A stretch of DNA of 64,000 nucleotides from an uncultured Methanosarcinales archaeon (lineage in GTDB: Archaea > Nanobdellota > Nanobdellia > Woesearchaeales > CAZYIM01). Every line of letters starts with the position of its first letter. Positions within the stretch are counted from its first letter, which is position 1. The stretch lies in assembly GCA_964647565.1 (NCBI GenBank), contig CAZYIM010000006.1, positions 1 through 64,000 of the forward strand, given 5' to 3'. A program made the translations under genes and the position numbers. The notes under the pieces were generated by a model. It searched no databases. It was given only the letters and a program-made list of their open reading frames with translations, and was not told the DNA's origin. Positions 1 to 11,493 of the stretch are shown one piece after another.

Positions 1-1
1 A

Positions 2-382
2 AACTCACTAACACTAGCACAACTAGCAGCACTATTCCCAAATAATGAAGTGGTATGCTTTGACGCAACACAACACGGCTTCCAAGACCAAACAGAAGAA
101 CAAGTATTACAACAGTGCATACAGATAACAAAAAAACAAAATCCAGACGTCATATGCATCTCCTCAGAATACCACAACCTACCATTCACATTCGAATACA
201 TAAAAAAAGTAAAAACAGAACTACCAGAAACAAAACTGGTACTCGGAGGGCTAGCAGCAACATTCCTAACCAATGAGGTATATGGCATAACTAAAAAGGT
301 AGACTACATAGTACGAGGAGAAGGAGAAACAACACTTAAACAACTTATACAAAAACTATTAATAATTATTTTTCAATTCTAA
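2..382 (+). pseudogene. Truncated cobalamin-binding domain of a B12-dependent radical SAM protein (5' end outside the window)
   Basis: The frame is open from base 2. Motifs PDVICIS, LVLGGLAATF and VDYIVRGEGE are typical of the B12-binding domain. The ORF stops immediately afterwards with no CxxxCxxC domain. Confidence 0.65.
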
Positions 383-385
383 CTT

Positions 386-2215
386 ATGGTAACAAATAAC
401 AATTCTAAAAAGATCGCTATTCTAGATGCAGGTGCACAGTATTGCAAGGTAATTGATAGGAGGATTCGAGAACTTAATGTTGAGACAGATATTTTGCCTC
501 TGACAACACCTGAGAATGAGTTGAGACAATACAAAGGCATAATCATCTCAGGAGGCCCTCAGAGCACCTATTCAGATAGTGCTCCTGAATATAATAAGGA
601 AATCTTCAACCTGGGCATTCCCGTCCTGGGCATCTGCTATGGTATGCAATTGATGAACTCTGTTTTTAATGGAGAAATCATCAAGCAAGCTCGACGAGAA
701 GACTGTGAAACGGATATCATAATCAACACAAAATGTGAGCTATTCAAAGATCTTAAGTCAAAACAACAAGTATTGATGAGCCACGGAGACAGTGTAGAAG
801 TTCCAGGCATTGGTTTTGAAATCATAGCCAAATCAGGTTCAATAATCGCAGCAGTGCAAAACCAAAAAAGGAAACTCTATGGTACCCAGTTCCACCCAGA
901 GGTTGATCTGACTCTGAATGGAAAGAAGATGTTGGATAATTTTCTCTATGGAATATGTGGCTGTAAGGGTAATTATACGATGAATAATCGTATAGACAGT
1001 AGCATTAACTACATTCGCAAAACTGCAGGGAATACGCCTGTCCTGGTTCTGGTTTCAGGTGGTGTTGATTCCTCAGTCACAGCACTCTTGCTTTCAAAAG
1101 CCACCAAGAACACCTATGCAGTTCACATAGACACTGGTTTTATGCGAAAAGATGAAAGCATGAAGGTCGTCAAAGCTCTTAAAAACACAGGTGTCCAGAA
1201 TCTCCATTTTTATGACGCATCAGAAGAATTCTATGCAGCTTTACAAGGTGTTATCAACCCTGAAACCAAGAGACAGATCATAGGGAACAAGTTCATAGAA
1301 GTCACAGACAGAGCAATTAAAAAACTTAATCTCGATCTAGAAAAAACCTTCATAGCCCAGGGAACTCTAAGACCTGACCTGATCGAAAGTGCCTCTGAAC
1401 TTGTAAGCAAGACTGCCAACACCATAAAGACACACCACAATGATACTGAGTTTGTCAGGGAAAAGCGAAAAAGCGGTATGATAATTGAGCCCAATAAGGA
1501 TTGGCACAAGGATGAAGTCAGGCTCGTCGGTAAAAAGCTAGGTCTTCCTGAAAATCTGGTCTGGAGACAGCCATTTCCAGGACCTGGACTCGCAATCAGG
1601 ATCATATGTGCAGAGAAGCCATATCTCACAGATAATTTCAAAGAGCTTAATGAACGATTAAGAACTATTTCCAAGCCATTCTCATCCACAATATTGCCCA
1701 TCAGGACAGTTGGCGTCCAGGGAGATGACAGAACCTACAGCTATGTTGCTGCTTTGTCTGGAAAACCAGACTGGAAAAAACTCAAAGCCCTGGCAAACGA
1801 AATCCCAAAACAGATTCATCAGATAAATCGTGTTGTCTATCTCTTCGGAGAATCTTTTGAGAATGATATTAAAGAGATCCCACCAACATATTTGGCCAAG
1901 AAGATCACCTCAATCCTTCAAGAGGCAGATGAAATAGTAAATGCATCTCTACTTAAGCATAAGCTTATGAAAAAAATAAGCCAGATGCCAGTAATACTAC
2001 TTCCAATAGGTTTCGAACATTTTGGAAAACGATCTATTGCTCTTCGACCATTCATCACCAATGATTTCATGACTGGCATGCCAGCTATACCTGGAAATGA
2101 TATCTCCTTAGATTGCCTAAATGAAATGGTCGAGAAAATCCTGAAGATAAAGGGAATCTCTCGAGTCGTCTACGATCTTACCAGCAAGCCTCCAGGAACA
2201 ACAGAATGGGAATAA
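386..2215 (+). CDS. guaA: GMP synthase (glutamine-hydrolysing), fused long form
   Basis: GATase motifs GICYGMQ and QFHPE; ATPPase motif SGGVDS; IKTHHN; RQPFPGPGL; C-terminal KPPGTTEWE. Confidence 0.97.
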   Translation: MVTNNNSKKIAILDAGAQYCKVIDRRIRELNVETDILPLTTPENELRQYKGIIISGGPQSTYSDSAPEYNKEIFNLGIPVLGICYGMQLMNSVFNGEIIKQARREDCETDIIINTKCELFKDLKSKQQVLMSHGDSVEVPGIGFEIIAKSGSIIAAVQNQKRKLYGTQFHPEVDLTLNGKKMLDNFLYGICGCKGNYTMNNRIDSSINYIRKTAGNTPVLVLVSGGVDSSVTALLLSKATKNTYAVHIDTGFMRKDESMKVVKALKNTGVQNLHFYDASEEFYAALQGVINPETKRQIIGNKFIEVTDRAIKKLNLDLEKTFIAQGTLRPDLIESASELVSKTANTIKTHHNDTEFVREKRKSGMIIEPNKDWHKDEVRLVGKKLGLPENLVWRQPFPGPGLAIRIICAEKPYLTDNFKELNERLRTISKPFSSTILPIRTVGVQGDDRTYSYVAALSGKPDWKKLKALANEIPKQIHQINRVVYLFGESFENDIKEIPPTYLAKKITSILQEADEIVNASLLKHKLMKKISQMPVILLPIGFEHFGKRSIALRPFITNDFMTGMPAIPGNDISLDCLNEMVEKILKIKGISRVVYDLTSKPPGTTEWE

Positions 2216-2219
2216 TAAT

Positions 2220-2579
2220 TCAAACAACTAAACCATACAACCATCTAAAGACGAGGTGCAATCCATGAAAAACAATAAAATAGAAAAAAGAGATGAGATA
2301 GAGAGGGATCAATTTCTTAAGGCTGAACATTTTCTTCATGATGAAACTCTGGATGAAGAAAAGAGCTACCAATGCTAGTATAAAAACCAGCTCTGATAGC
2401 GGAAAAAAATCTATGATCAACCTAATAAAGTAAATAATGATAGAAAAAAACAATGCAGTGATAAATTCTGTCTTCAGAGAGAACATTTTTCTGAAAATAA
2501 AGATCGCCAGTGTGGATAACAACACAACAAATAGTAATCTAATGAACTGATGCAATAAAAATGCTATTGTCTGATGCAT
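2220..2579 (-). CDS. Small membrane protein, about 4 TM helices
   Basis: 119-aa highly hydrophobic ORF filling the gap between neighbours. Confidence 0.7.
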   Translation of the reverse strand: MHQTIAFLLHQFIRLLFVVLLSTLAIFIFRKMFSLKTEFITALFFSIIIYFIRLIIDFFPLSELVFILALVALFFIQSFIMKKMFSLKKLIPLYLISFFYFIVFHGLHLVFRWLYGLVV

Positions 2580-2614
2580 ATTAAGTCTATTAATATGAAA
2601 TTTAAATAATTATC

Positions 2615-3247
2615 CTATTTGAACCACTCACGCAATCGTTTCTCTAAAGTTGGTCGGATTGTATAGACTATTGTCTCGAAATCCTTAGATTCTTCCTTGT
2701 ATCGACGATAGAATTCATCAAGTTGGGAAGGGATGTGACCTTCTTTTTGATTATCAAGAAAATTTATCTTAAAATGTTCAGCCCAGCTTGAATAAACTTC
2801 CTTAACATGCTCATCCAGATCAGGCCTTATCGAAGTAGGGCTTGCAATTTCAGCAGCCTGATCAAGGTTATGACCCAGAGACATAACCCAAGCAATTGCT
2901 AAAGACGGAGATCTATTGGTTCCGCCAGCACAATGAAGATAAAGCCTCTTTCCCCGTTTATATGCATCGTCCATAATGACCTTGGTAAAGTGGAAAGGCA
3001 GATACCCCCAGTATTCCAGCTCAGGAACAATCTGCCAATGGCAGACAACATCAGGTCTGGGCCGCTTCAAAATATCAAGATTATAATCAGGAGTCTCTGA
3101 GATATTGACGAAAATATCAAATTTCTTAGCAGTTTCCATATCCATGCCTAAACCAGGATGCGCACCTACAGAAAAATTATCATATGGTTTAGAAAGATTC
3201 CATATCCTAAAATCCTTGCTACGTTTATCTAACCAAAGATCATTCAT
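2615..3247 (-). CDS. Dual-specificity / protein-tyrosine phosphatase family protein
   Basis: Catalytic HCX5RS loop: LHCAGGTNRS. Confidence 0.8.
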   Translation of the reverse strand: MNDLWLDKRSKDFRIWNLSKPYDNFSVGAHPGLGMDMETAKKFDIFVNISETPDYNLDILKRPRPDVVCHWQIVPELEYWGYLPFHFTKVIMDDAYKRGKRLYLHCAGGTNRSPSLAIAWVMSLGHNLDQAAEIASPTSIRPDLDEHVKEVYSSWAEHFKINFLDNQKEGHIPSQLDEFYRRYKEESKDFETIVYTIRPTLEKRLREWFK

Positions 3248-3287
3248 AAGAAAAAGAAATTAACAAAAAGATAAAAACGTTTCGCAA

Positions 3288-3725
3288 TTACTTCCTTGCT
3301 TTTTCCAGCTTACCGCCAAGCAGAGCCTTTAAAGACTGGTCATTTACCTTGATGACCTGCCATCTAACGCCTGGAATATCTCCCTTAGCTCTTCCCTGTT
3401 TGCCGCCAATGCACTCGATGACAACTTCATCGTGCTCATCAATCAGCTTAGTAGCGCCATCTCCTGGAACAAATGCAGTCACTTGCTTGCCGTTTTTAAC
3501 AAGCTGCACCCTGACACACTTTCGCATAGCAGAGTTAGGCTGTTTTGCCTCTAATTGCACCTTTTCAAGTACAATTCCGGACGCCTGGGAAGATCCTCTA
3601 AGAGGGTCGGCCTTCATCTTAAGGTTAAGAGTCTTGCGAACATATGACGATTGAGACCAATTGCCTTTCCGTCTCCTCTGTTTCAACTTTTTTGCAGCGT
3701 ATAATCCTGAACTTTTTTTTGCCAT
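3288..3725 (-). CDS. rps12: 30S ribosomal protein S12 (uS12)
   Basis: [15 protein letters not shown] and GDIPGVRW motifs. Confidence 0.98.
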   Translation of the reverse strand: MAKKSSGLYAAKKLKQRRRKGNWSQSSYVRKTLNLKMKADPLRGSSQASGIVLEKVQLEAKQPNSAMRKCVRVQLVKNGKQVTAFVPGDGATKLIDEHDEVVIECIGGKQGRAKGDIPGVRWQVIKVNDQSLKALLGGKLEKARK

Positions 3726-3784
3726 TTTAAACCTCCGAGTTAAAGAGGAGGTGCCAGAAAACTTTTTTGTTTACTCAGCACCTC

Positions 3785-4198
3785 TTATATAACGCGAATT
3801 TCCTTCACTTTAAAAAATTTATTGACAATTCCTTCTAAATTCCTCAAATTTTGAGCCATTGCACCTATCATTAGGCCTTTAGTATGTGCATCAGGTCCTG
3901 TTATGGTAACAACACCATCCTCCTCCTTCATATCAACAACCTTTAAGGGATAAAGGATATTGACAATGAATTGTAGCATATTTGGACTGAATTCGACAAT
4001 TTTTAACTTCCTATTGTAAAGCTTTTCAAGCTTTAACAGATTAGCTTTATTTTTTCCCAGTGACTTACCAAGATCTCCTTGGCCAACTATGAAGACCAGT
4101 TTTTCCTTCTGGAAAAAACAATCCTTGACATGCGCCCTTGTGATTCTTTCAAAGAGTGCAATGAATTTGATTAATTGAGTGTCTAACTTGATTCCCAT
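3785..4198 (-). CDS. nusA: Archaeal NusA-like KH-domain protein
   Basis: Two KH-like GxxG loops; canonical position between L30e and S12. Confidence 0.93.
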   Translation of the reverse strand: MGIKLDTQLIKFIALFERITRAHVKDCFFQKEKLVFIVGQGDLGKSLGKNKANLLKLEKLYNRKLKIVEFSPNMLQFIVNILYPLKVVDMKEEDGVVTITGPDAHTKGLMIGAMAQNLRNLEGIVNKFFKVKEIRVI

Positions 4199-4199
4199 C

Positions 4200-4460
4200 T
4201 TATTTTAAGATTCCTAAAACTGAAACAGAAAAAGGTTTTTTGCATAAAACACCTAACTCGTCATTAGGCAGCGTCAATTCCTCGATTTCTGTCTTTGAGA
4301 GTCCAGCGTAATATTTAATGTCTTGCTTCACACTATCAGGGCAGTTTAAGGATAAGAAGACCTTAGCTATTGAGCCGTTCTTCAAGGCTTTAATGATCCT
4401 CTCTGTACCCAAAATCAATTTCTTATTTCCCAAATTATTTTTTATTTCATCCTGTGCCAT
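4200..4460 (-). CDS. rpl30e: 50S ribosomal protein L30e
   Basis: ELGVLCKKPFSVSVL motif; operon position; start moved to the ATG just after the rpoA2 stop. Confidence 0.93.
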   Translation of the reverse strand: MAQDEIKNNLGNKKLILGTERIIKALKNGSIAKVFLSLNCPDSVKQDIKYYAGLSKTEIEELTLPNDELGVLCKKPFSVSVLGILK

Positions 4461-4461
4461 T

Positions 4462-5595
4462 TTATTTAACCTTTGTAACAAGCCCGGGTAATCCCGTCCC
4501 CAATGGAACTGGCTGGTTCAGCATTACATTCTCAATAACACTATTCAATTCGTCAATTTCACCAACCATGCTTGCATTAATAATATGCCGAATTGGAGTC
4601 TCAAATGAAGCTCTTGCCAACACACTAGGCTTTTCTTTAACAATACCATACCTGCTTATTCCAAGGACCTGACCTGACATAGTCATGGTATCAGCTATCA
4701 ACAGGATATGCCTGATATCGATATTAATACCTTGAGCCCCAATAACTTTCTGGGTTTCTCTAATTATTGCTTCTCTTGCAGCTTCGATTCCAAAGATGTT
4801 CTGGATTTCAAAGATATCGTTGGTATTTATCCTTTCCTTATCAACATAATCAAGCTTCATCATGTCTTTTAGGTTTGAACCTGCAGTGATGATAACATGT
4901 TCTTCCCCTCGTTTAACAGGCAAAACCTGTTTTATATTCTTGATTCCACTGATATAAATGGTCTTGATCTTCTCTTTAAGCTTGTAAATCTGATTTAAGG
5001 ATTCGTCTTTGGAGGTTGGCTTAACAACAATAATGTTGTCGCCTTGAACTTTGAATGAAAAACCCTTCACATTTTTTGAAAGTACCTTAAGCACAACTGC
5101 ATTTTTCAAGCCTTTACGCTTGAGGATTTCCTCATCTAGTTCAATAGTCATGAAAGCTTCTGCAACATTAATTGAGATGTTTTTTAGGAATTCTTTGAAT
5201 GTAGTTTCTTTGATGGATTCAGCCAGTTTCTTAATATCCTTACCTTGGGAGTAAGGCTTTTTAAGATAGACCTCCATCATTTTAGTGGAAATCTCTTTTC
5301 TTGCATCAAGGATCTCGATCAATCTAGGCAGACCTGTTGTAACGTTCATCTCTGCAACACCTGCAAAGTGGAATGTGTTCAAAGTCATCTGAGTACCTGG
5401 CTCCCCAATTGATTCAGCACTTACTAAGCCAACACATTCACCTGGATCAACTCTTGAAGACCGATATTCTTTGTAAACAGCCTCAAATATTTTCTTGGTC
5501 TTGGCTGCCGAGCAACCTTTGGGTAAATACTTCTTAATATCCTCTAAAATCGCATCAGGAAGCAAGTCCTTGTATTCCTTGAATAGTTTTTCCAT
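4462..5595 (-). CDS. rpoA2: RNA polymerase subunit A'' (Rpo1C)
   Basis: [18 protein letters not shown] and VLARASFE motifs. Confidence 0.98.
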   Translation of the reverse strand: MEKLFKEYKDLLPDAILEDIKKYLPKGCSAAKTKKIFEAVYKEYRSSRVDPGECVGLVSAESIGEPGTQMTLNTFHFAGVAEMNVTTGLPRLIEILDARKEISTKMMEVYLKKPYSQGKDIKKLAESIKETTFKEFLKNISINVAEAFMTIELDEEILKRKGLKNAVVLKVLSKNVKGFSFKVQGDNIIVVKPTSKDESLNQIYKLKEKIKTIYISGIKNIKQVLPVKRGEEHVIITAGSNLKDMMKLDYVDKERINTNDIFEIQNIFGIEAAREAIIRETQKVIGAQGINIDIRHILLIADTMTMSGQVLGISRYGIVKEKPSVLARASFETPIRHIINASMVGEIDELNSVIENVMLNQPVPLGTGLPGLVTKVK

Positions 5596-5617
5596 TTTTA
5601 TTAACCTTAATCCTATT

Positions 5618-8191
5618 TTACTGAATCAATAATTGTTTTAACATTAATTTTCCTGCTTCACTTCGTGAAACATCAATTCCATCCTCACCATAGGTGAACT
5701 GTACAACTCTTTTTGAAGCGTCTCTGACAGTAAAATCATACTCTACCTTCAAGTCCTGCATAGCATTAGCCAATCTTCTATAAAGATATCCCGATTTAGG
5801 AGTTCTGAGTGCAGTATCCATCATTGAATCTCGTCCTGTCATTGCCATAAAAAATAGTTCGGCAGGTTTAAGACCGCCCTTGAAGCCATTTTCTATGAAG
5901 CCGTGTGCTGATGCTCCCAGGTCACCCTTCTTGAAGCTGGATAGAGTTCTACCATTATAACCCTTATTGATACGTCCACCTCTCAAGGCTTGCTGACCTA
6001 CACAGGCAGACATCTGAGCCAGGTTGATCAAGTTTCCTCTTGAACCTGACTTAATCATAACCATTGTATCTGAATGTTGATTAGCATGTTTTGCAACAGA
6101 GGCACCAGTATCATTTCTAGCCTTGTTCAACCTTTCAAGTATTTTCAGCTCTAATGTTTCTCTAATGCTTCTGCCAGGAAATACCTCAAGAGCTCCGGAT
6201 TCAAAAAGGGTAATAAGTTCATTAACATCCCGTTCTGCATCTTCCTTCACTTGTTGGATCTCAGATTGCGCTTCAGGTGTTAAGTCAGTATCAGATAATT
6301 TGGTTGTAAATCCATATTTGGACACAACCTCAATTCCCAGCTTATATATCTTTCCAAGAATATCCACCATTGCATCCTGGCCATACTGTTTGTGAAGGTT
6401 TCTTAATAAAAGCCCAGAACCTTCTCCAAGATTATTCAGGTCAAGGATTCCAGAAACAAGGATCCCGTTCTTTATGATGACATCCTCCTCATCTTTACTC
6501 TCTCTTGACTTGCCCTTGAAGTTGAAATCTTTAGGCAGGATAGCTGAAAAGACATCCTTACCGTCTAGTATCTTTTTAGCAGGTAATCCTGAAAATTCGC
6601 TAACTCCTGAGGCTGCTAAAAGGTCTATAGCCTCTTCTCTTGTAAGCGTTAAAAATTTTGTGAGAATATAGTTGCCTGAGATAGCATCCTGGTTGCAACC
6701 AATAATACTAAGTCCATACCTTGGACTGATAAGCTGGGTTTGGACTTCCATCAGGATCTCTGCTTCAGCCCTGGCTTCTTCTGTCTGAGGAATATGCAGA
6801 TTCATCTCATCTCCGTCAAAGTCAGCATTATACGGAGCACAGACAGCAGGATTCAGTCTTAATGTTAGACCTGGAAGAACCCTGACTCGATGACACATCA
6901 TACTCATTCTATGAAGCGATGGCTGTCTATTAAAAAGGGCAACATCTCCATCCATCAGATGCCGCTCAATAAGAAAACCTGGCTGGATCTCCTCTAAAAG
7001 CTGTTCTTTGGTTTCATCGGTGATCTTTTTTCTCTTGCCATCTGGCCTGACAATATAATTGGATCCAGGATATGCATCCGGACCTTTCTCAACAAACGTC
7101 TTTAGGTAAGCAAGATTCCATGCCGTTACCTGTTCAGGAACTGTAAGTTTCATTGCAATGATTAGTGGAACACCAACTTCATTGATATTAAGCATAGGAT
7201 CAGGGCTAATAACAGTTCTTGCACTGAAATTAGTCCTCTTTCCAGCAAGATTATGTCTGATTCTGCCTTCTTTGCTCTTGATTCTCGCAGTGATGGTTTT
7301 CAAGGGTTGTCCAGACCTGTGCCTGGCAGGAGGCAGCTGTGCTACTGCATTATCAAAAAAGGTTGTAACATGATATTGGAGCAAGTCCCAAAGATCCTCA
7401 ATTATAATCTCAGGAGCCCCTGCATTAATATTTTCAAATAAACGCTGATTAATCCTAACAATATCACCCAGCTTATGTGTTAGATCATCTTCACTTCTCT
7501 CGCCGCTCTCCAGAGTGATACTGGGTCTCATGGTTACAGGCGGTATAGGCATAACAGTAAGTACCATCCACTCTGGCCGGATTGATTTTGGATTCATACC
7601 AAAAACACGCAAGTCGTCATCTGAAATCTTCTCAAGTCTGACCCTCAGCTCAATTGGAGAAATCCTTTTTTCATCCTCTAGAAAAGTGGTTGGTTTTTCA
7701 ATAGTAAGTTTAAGTTGTTTAGTGTTACAATGGGGACATTTGGTGACTGTTCTCAATCCTTTGATTATCTCTACTATCTTAGTCCTTCTTTCAGCAGGTC
7801 CAAACTCCCGGCTGATCCTCTCGAGATCATCCATATATTTCTTGATCTTATTCTGAGGAATAAGGATTCTGCTACACTCCCTGCAAGTACATCTCAACAG
7901 ATCGAGAATCTCCCTTATAAACTTGATATGAACAATGGGTCTGGCAAGTTCAATATAGCCAAAATGTCCTGGACATTCTTTTAGCTTTTGACCGCAAGTC
8001 TTGCATTTTAGACCTGGATCGATCACACCTAGTCTTACATCCATCAACCCTCCATCAACAGGATAACCCTCCTTATCATATAGTTCTGGAGTCACTATCT
8101 TAGCTGACGCCATGTCCTTTAGAAAACTAGGACCCATCATTCCAAACTCAATGGTTTTTACCTTTTTGTGTGCAAAATCTTCTTCTTCCAA
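5618..8191 (-). CDS. rpoA1: RNA polymerase subunit A' (Rpo1N)
   Basis: Catalytic [11 protein letters not shown]; Zn-binding CKTC/CPGHFG; TTG start. The last ~10 codons are probably shifted by a 1-nt deletion. Confidence 0.98.
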   Translation of the reverse strand: MEEEDFAHKKVKTIEFGMMGPSFLKDMASAKIVTPELYDKEGYPVDGGLMDVRLGVIDPGLKCKTCGQKLKECPGHFGYIELARPIVHIKFIREILDLLRCTCRECSRILIPQNKIKKYMDDLERISREFGPAERRTKIVEIIKGLRTVTKCPHCNTKQLKLTIEKPTTFLEDEKRISPIELRVRLEKISDDDLRVFGMNPKSIRPEWMVLTVMPIPPVTMRPSITLESGERSEDDLTHKLGDIVRINQRLFENINAGAPEIIIEDLWDLLQYHVTTFFDNAVAQLPPARHRSGQPLKTITARIKSKEGRIRHNLAGKRTNFSARTVISPDPMLNINEVGVPLIIAMKLTVPEQVTAWNLAYLKTFVEKGPDAYPGSNYIVRPDGKRKKITDETKEQLLEEIQPGFLIERHLMDGDVALFNRQPSLHRMSMMCHRVRVLPGLTLRLNPAVCAPYNADFDGDEMNLHIPQTEEARAEAEILMEVQTQLISPRYGLSIIGCNQDAISGNYILTKFLTLTREEAIDLLAASGVSEFSGLPAKKILDGKDVFSAILPKDFNFKGKSRESKDEEDVIIKNGILVSGILDLNNLGEGSGLLLRNLHKQYGQDAMVDILGKIYKLGIEVVSKYGFTTKLSDTDLTPEAQSEIQQVKEDAERDVNELITLFESGALEVFPGRSIRETLELKILERLNKARNDTGASVAKHANQHSDTMVMIKSGSRGNLINLAQMSACVGQQALRGGRINKGYNGRTLSSFKKGDLGASAHGFIENGFKGGLKPAELFFMAMTGRDSMMDTALRTPKSGYLYRRLANAMQDLKVEYDFTVRDASKRVVQFTYGEDGIDVSRSEAGKLMLKQLLIQ

Positions 8192-8201
8192 CTTATTAAC
8201 C

Positions 8202-10004
8202 TCAATATTTTCCTTGTAATACTAGTTTAGGGTAAACTGTCAATGATTTGAATTCATCAAGTATTAATTTAAATGCATAGCTAAGCTCAATGTTGGAAAT
8301 ATCTACTGTATCTCCGCACACTGGGCAGTATGCTTTGTTTTTCCGGCCGTCAAAAATAGCTACCAATCCACAACTTTCACAAACAGGAACAATAGTCTTA
8401 TCAGAGTCAAACCTCTCCTTCAATAGCAGGCTTGCACCATGTGCAACAAAAGTATCCTTCTCCATCTCTCCAAGCCTAAGACCTCCCTCTTTAGCCCTTC
8501 CTTCTGTTGGCTGGCGTGTAAGAAGCTGGATAGGTCCTCTAGCTCTTGAATGTATCTTGTTGGCTACCATATGTTTTAGTTTCAGATAATACATGTTACC
8601 AATAAATATCTGGACTCTCATTTTTTCTCCAGTTACACCATTATACATGGTTTCTGTACCATCTTCCCTAAAACCGGATTTAAGCAGTTCTAATCTTAAG
8701 TCCTCCTCTTTTTCGGAGTCAAAGAAAGTTCCGTCAACATATCTTCCTCCAAGCGCCCCTGTCTTGCCCGCCAATATCTCCATCAGATGGCTGACAGTCA
8801 TCCTTGATGGAACTCCGTGAGGACTGAACATGATGTCTGGTTTGATGCCAGACGCAGTAAATGGCATATCTGCTTCAGGCACAATAGTGCTTACAACACC
8901 TTTTTGACCGTGCCTGCTTGTAAACTTATCTCCTAACTCAGGAATCCTTAAATCCCTAAGTCTCACTTCGACAAGCTTGTTACCCTCACTGTTCTCAGTA
9001 ATGATAACAAAATCTACAATACCCTTTTCGCCGTGCTTTAGAGACATAGAAGACTCTCTTCTGGAACTGGCTGCAAGGTTATAATCTTCCAATGAACTCA
9101 GGAAACGCGGCGGACTGGTCTTACCAATAATAACATCTCCTTCTGCAACTTTAGCTTCAGGATAAATAATTCCATCGTCTTCCAAGAATCTATAATCGTG
9201 CTCAGATTTGTATCCCTTGGCATCCTTATCAGGAATAGAAACCTCATCAATCAGACCACCCGAATATCTGAGTTCTTCAGATATGACTGGCCTAAAATAT
9301 GTACTTCTTCCAAAGCCCCTGTCTATTGAACCCTTATTGATTACAATTGCATCTTCCATGTTATATCCCTTATAGCACATGATGGCTATGGTCACATTCA
9401 TACCTGAAGGATGTTTATCATAACTTAACACATCCTGCATCACAGTTGATACAATCGGTCTTTGGGGATAGTGAAGAATATTCACATCCATATCCATTCT
9501 AGTATAATAGTTTGAAACATAAACACCAATAGCCTGTTTCTGATTTTTTGAACCCTGCATCAGCCTAACACTATGGTTAAAATTACCAAAAGGAACAAGT
9601 GATGTTGCAATACCAACGGTTACTAAAGGCGCAATCTCAAGATGAGTATGTTCAGGAGTTAATTCATCCTCTGTAAAAGATACAAAAGCAGATTCTTCTT
9701 CAGCAGCATCAAGATACTCTATAACCCCCTGTTTGATCAGATCTGACCAACTAATTTCTTTCTTGGTAAGCTGATCAATATGTTTTTCAGAAAGACAGGA
9801 TTTCCCGTCCTTGACATTAATAAGTGGTCTAGTGCATCTGCCACTACGGGTTTCTATATTGATACTATCAAGAGTTTCATTGAAGTTGACACTCAAGCCA
9901 TATGGTAGACTGCCCATCCGCCTTTCAGCAATGATTTGCTCTATAAAGTCCTGTGCTACAGAAACAGAACCGACTAATTTTCCATCTATAAATACGTCTG
10001 CCAT
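8202..10004 (-). CDS. rpoB1: RNA polymerase subunit B' (Rpo2C)
   Basis: GDKFTSRHGQKG, GGLRLGEME and a C-terminal Zn ribbon. Confidence 0.98.
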   Translation of the reverse strand: MADVFIDGKLVGSVSVAQDFIEQIIAERRMGSLPYGLSVNFNETLDSINIETRSGRCTRPLINVKDGKSCLSEKHIDQLTKKEISWSDLIKQGVIEYLDAAEEESAFVSFTEDELTPEHTHLEIAPLVTVGIATSLVPFGNFNHSVRLMQGSKNQKQAIGVYVSNYYTRMDMDVNILHYPQRPIVSTVMQDVLSYDKHPSGMNVTIAIMCYKGYNMEDAIVINKGSIDRGFGRSTYFRPVISEELRYSGGLIDEVSIPDKDAKGYKSEHDYRFLEDDGIIYPEAKVAEGDVIIGKTSPPRFLSSLEDYNLAASSRRESSMSLKHGEKGIVDFVIITENSEGNKLVEVRLRDLRIPELGDKFTSRHGQKGVVSTIVPEADMPFTASGIKPDIMFSPHGVPSRMTVSHLMEILAGKTGALGGRYVDGTFFDSEKEEDLRLELLKSGFREDGTETMYNGVTGEKMRVQIFIGNMYYLKLKHMVANKIHSRARGPIQLLTRQPTEGRAKEGGLRLGEMEKDTFVAHGASLLLKERFDSDKTIVPVCESCGLVAIFDGRKNKAYCPVCGDTVDISNIELSYAFKLILDEFKSLTVYPKLVLQGKY

Positions 10005-10005
10005 T

Positions 10006-11493
10006 TTATTTTATAATCTCCAATCCAAGTTTTTTCAATGCTTCAAGGATATCAGTTTCATGCTCAGGCGCGGATGTAACATTTGCCAACAAAGCCAAAT
10101 TCTTCCTAAGGCCTATGTTGGTTCCCTCAGGAGTCTCGCTAGGACAGAGTCTTCCAAGGTGAGTGCTATGCAATGCTCTTGCCTCGAAATTCTCTTGTGA
10201 TGATGAAAGTGGGCTGATAACTCTCTGTAAATGGGATAAAGTCTGGAGAAAATTAAGTCGTTCAATTCTCTGTGAAACACCTTTTCTTCCACCAACCCAG
10301 TTTCCTGTTGCCATTGAACTGAAAATTCTCTGGGTAAGCAATTTTTCCCTGATCAAAACCTTAAGACTTGGTGTTTTACCTCTTTTCACAATTCTTTGGA
10401 AATTATAAAGCAGGTCACCAATCAGGACCTTAAGATTGACCCTGAACAAGTCTGCAAGAAGATCCCCACTAAGTTTCAACCTCTTATTAAGGTAATGGTC
10501 TTTATCATCTTCTGGAAGATCAGTATTGGCCACAAGGATGAACTTCTTAAGCAGTTTGCATAAGTCATATGCCTTCAATATATTGTTCTCCCTAACTACG
10601 CCTATGTGAGGCATCAAGTATTTTTCAAGGATTTCCTTGACTCTTTCAAGTCGAATCTCTTTTGCCTGGGTAATGCCAATTTTTTTAGCAATATAATCCA
10701 AAGCTTCTTCTTCTGTCTTGATATCAATAAACTCATAAAGATTTACTATGATTGATGAATTATCTTCAACATCAACAAACTTGACAATATCCTCATCTTT
10801 AAGAAGACCTAAGGCTTTTATTATAACAACAATAGGTACTCTCTTGACACGTGTAAATGTAAGATAATATATACCGTCCTTTAACCTTTCAAATTGATGA
10901 GGTATCTTATAAGATCCTCTTTCTGAGAATAATTTTCCTACATATTCGCTAACTCCCACATTCACCTTTTCAACTGTCATCCTATTGGATGCGAGATCCT
11001 CTATATTTACAATGATTTTCTCAGTGCCGTTAATGATGAAATAACCACCAGGGTCATCAGGATCCTCTCCATTCTTGATAAGCTCGTCTCTTGTCAATCC
11101 ATGAAGATGGCAGAACTTTGACTTGAGCATGATAGGCAGGTTGCCAATCTGGGTTTTGAAAGTCTCCCTCTGAATACCGTTGATATGTGCACTTATCTCA
11201 ATAAAAATAGGTGCTGAATATGATAGTTTCCTGAGTCTTGCTTCAGCTGGAAGGATTACTCTTTTTGAGCCGTCTGCTTCTGTTATTAGAGGCCGATCTA
11301 CCCAGATTTTGTCAAGCTTTATCTTATATTCATCAATATTTGGCGGAATAATAGTAGGTTCTATCTCCTGGTTCTCATCAATAATAAGCTGCAACTCTTT
11401 TTCGATAAAATGATTGAAGGAGTCAATATCAGACTTTATAATAGAGTTTTCTTCAAAATATTTTCTAAGAAGGAGAAGGGAACGTTCATTCAT
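10006..11493 (-). CDS. rpoB2: RNA polymerase subunit B'' (Rpo2N)
   Basis: GGYFIINGTE and LCPSETPEGTNIGL; start set at MNERSL, overlapping the rpoH stop, with a GAGGTG SD upstream. Confidence 0.97.
   Translation of the reverse strand: MNERSLLLLRKYFEENSIIKSDIDSFNHFIEKELQLIIDENQEIEPTIIPPNIDEYKIKLDKIWVDRPLITEADGSKRVILPAEARLRKLSYSAPIFIEISAHINGIQRETFKTQIGNLPIMLKSKFCHLHGLTRDELIKNGEDPDDPGGYFIINGTEKIIVNIEDLASNRMTVEKVNVGVSEYVGKLFSERGSYKIPHQFERLKDGIYYLTFTRVKRVPIVVIIKALGLLKDEDIVKFVDVEDNSSIIVNLYEFIDIKTEEEALDYIAKKIGITQAKEIRLERVKEILEKYLMPHIGVVRENNILKAYDLCKLLKKFILVANTDLPEDDKDHYLNKRLKLSGDLLADLFRVNLKVLIGDLLYNFQRIVKRGKTPSLKVLIREKLLTQRIFSSMATGNWVGGRKGVSQRIERLNFLQTLSHLQRVISPLSSSQENFEARALHSTHLGRLCPSETPEGTNIGLRKNLALLANVTSAPEHETDILEALKKLGLEIIK

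Noticed and set aside
5618..5655. Unusual RpoA' C-terminus ([11 protein letters not shown])
   Set aside because: Adding one A to the GGAAAA run gives [13 protein letters not shown], a more plausible ending, so this is probably an indel error.
8202..11493. Split rpoB as a novelty
   Set aside because: The B'/B'' split is well known in several archaeal lineages.
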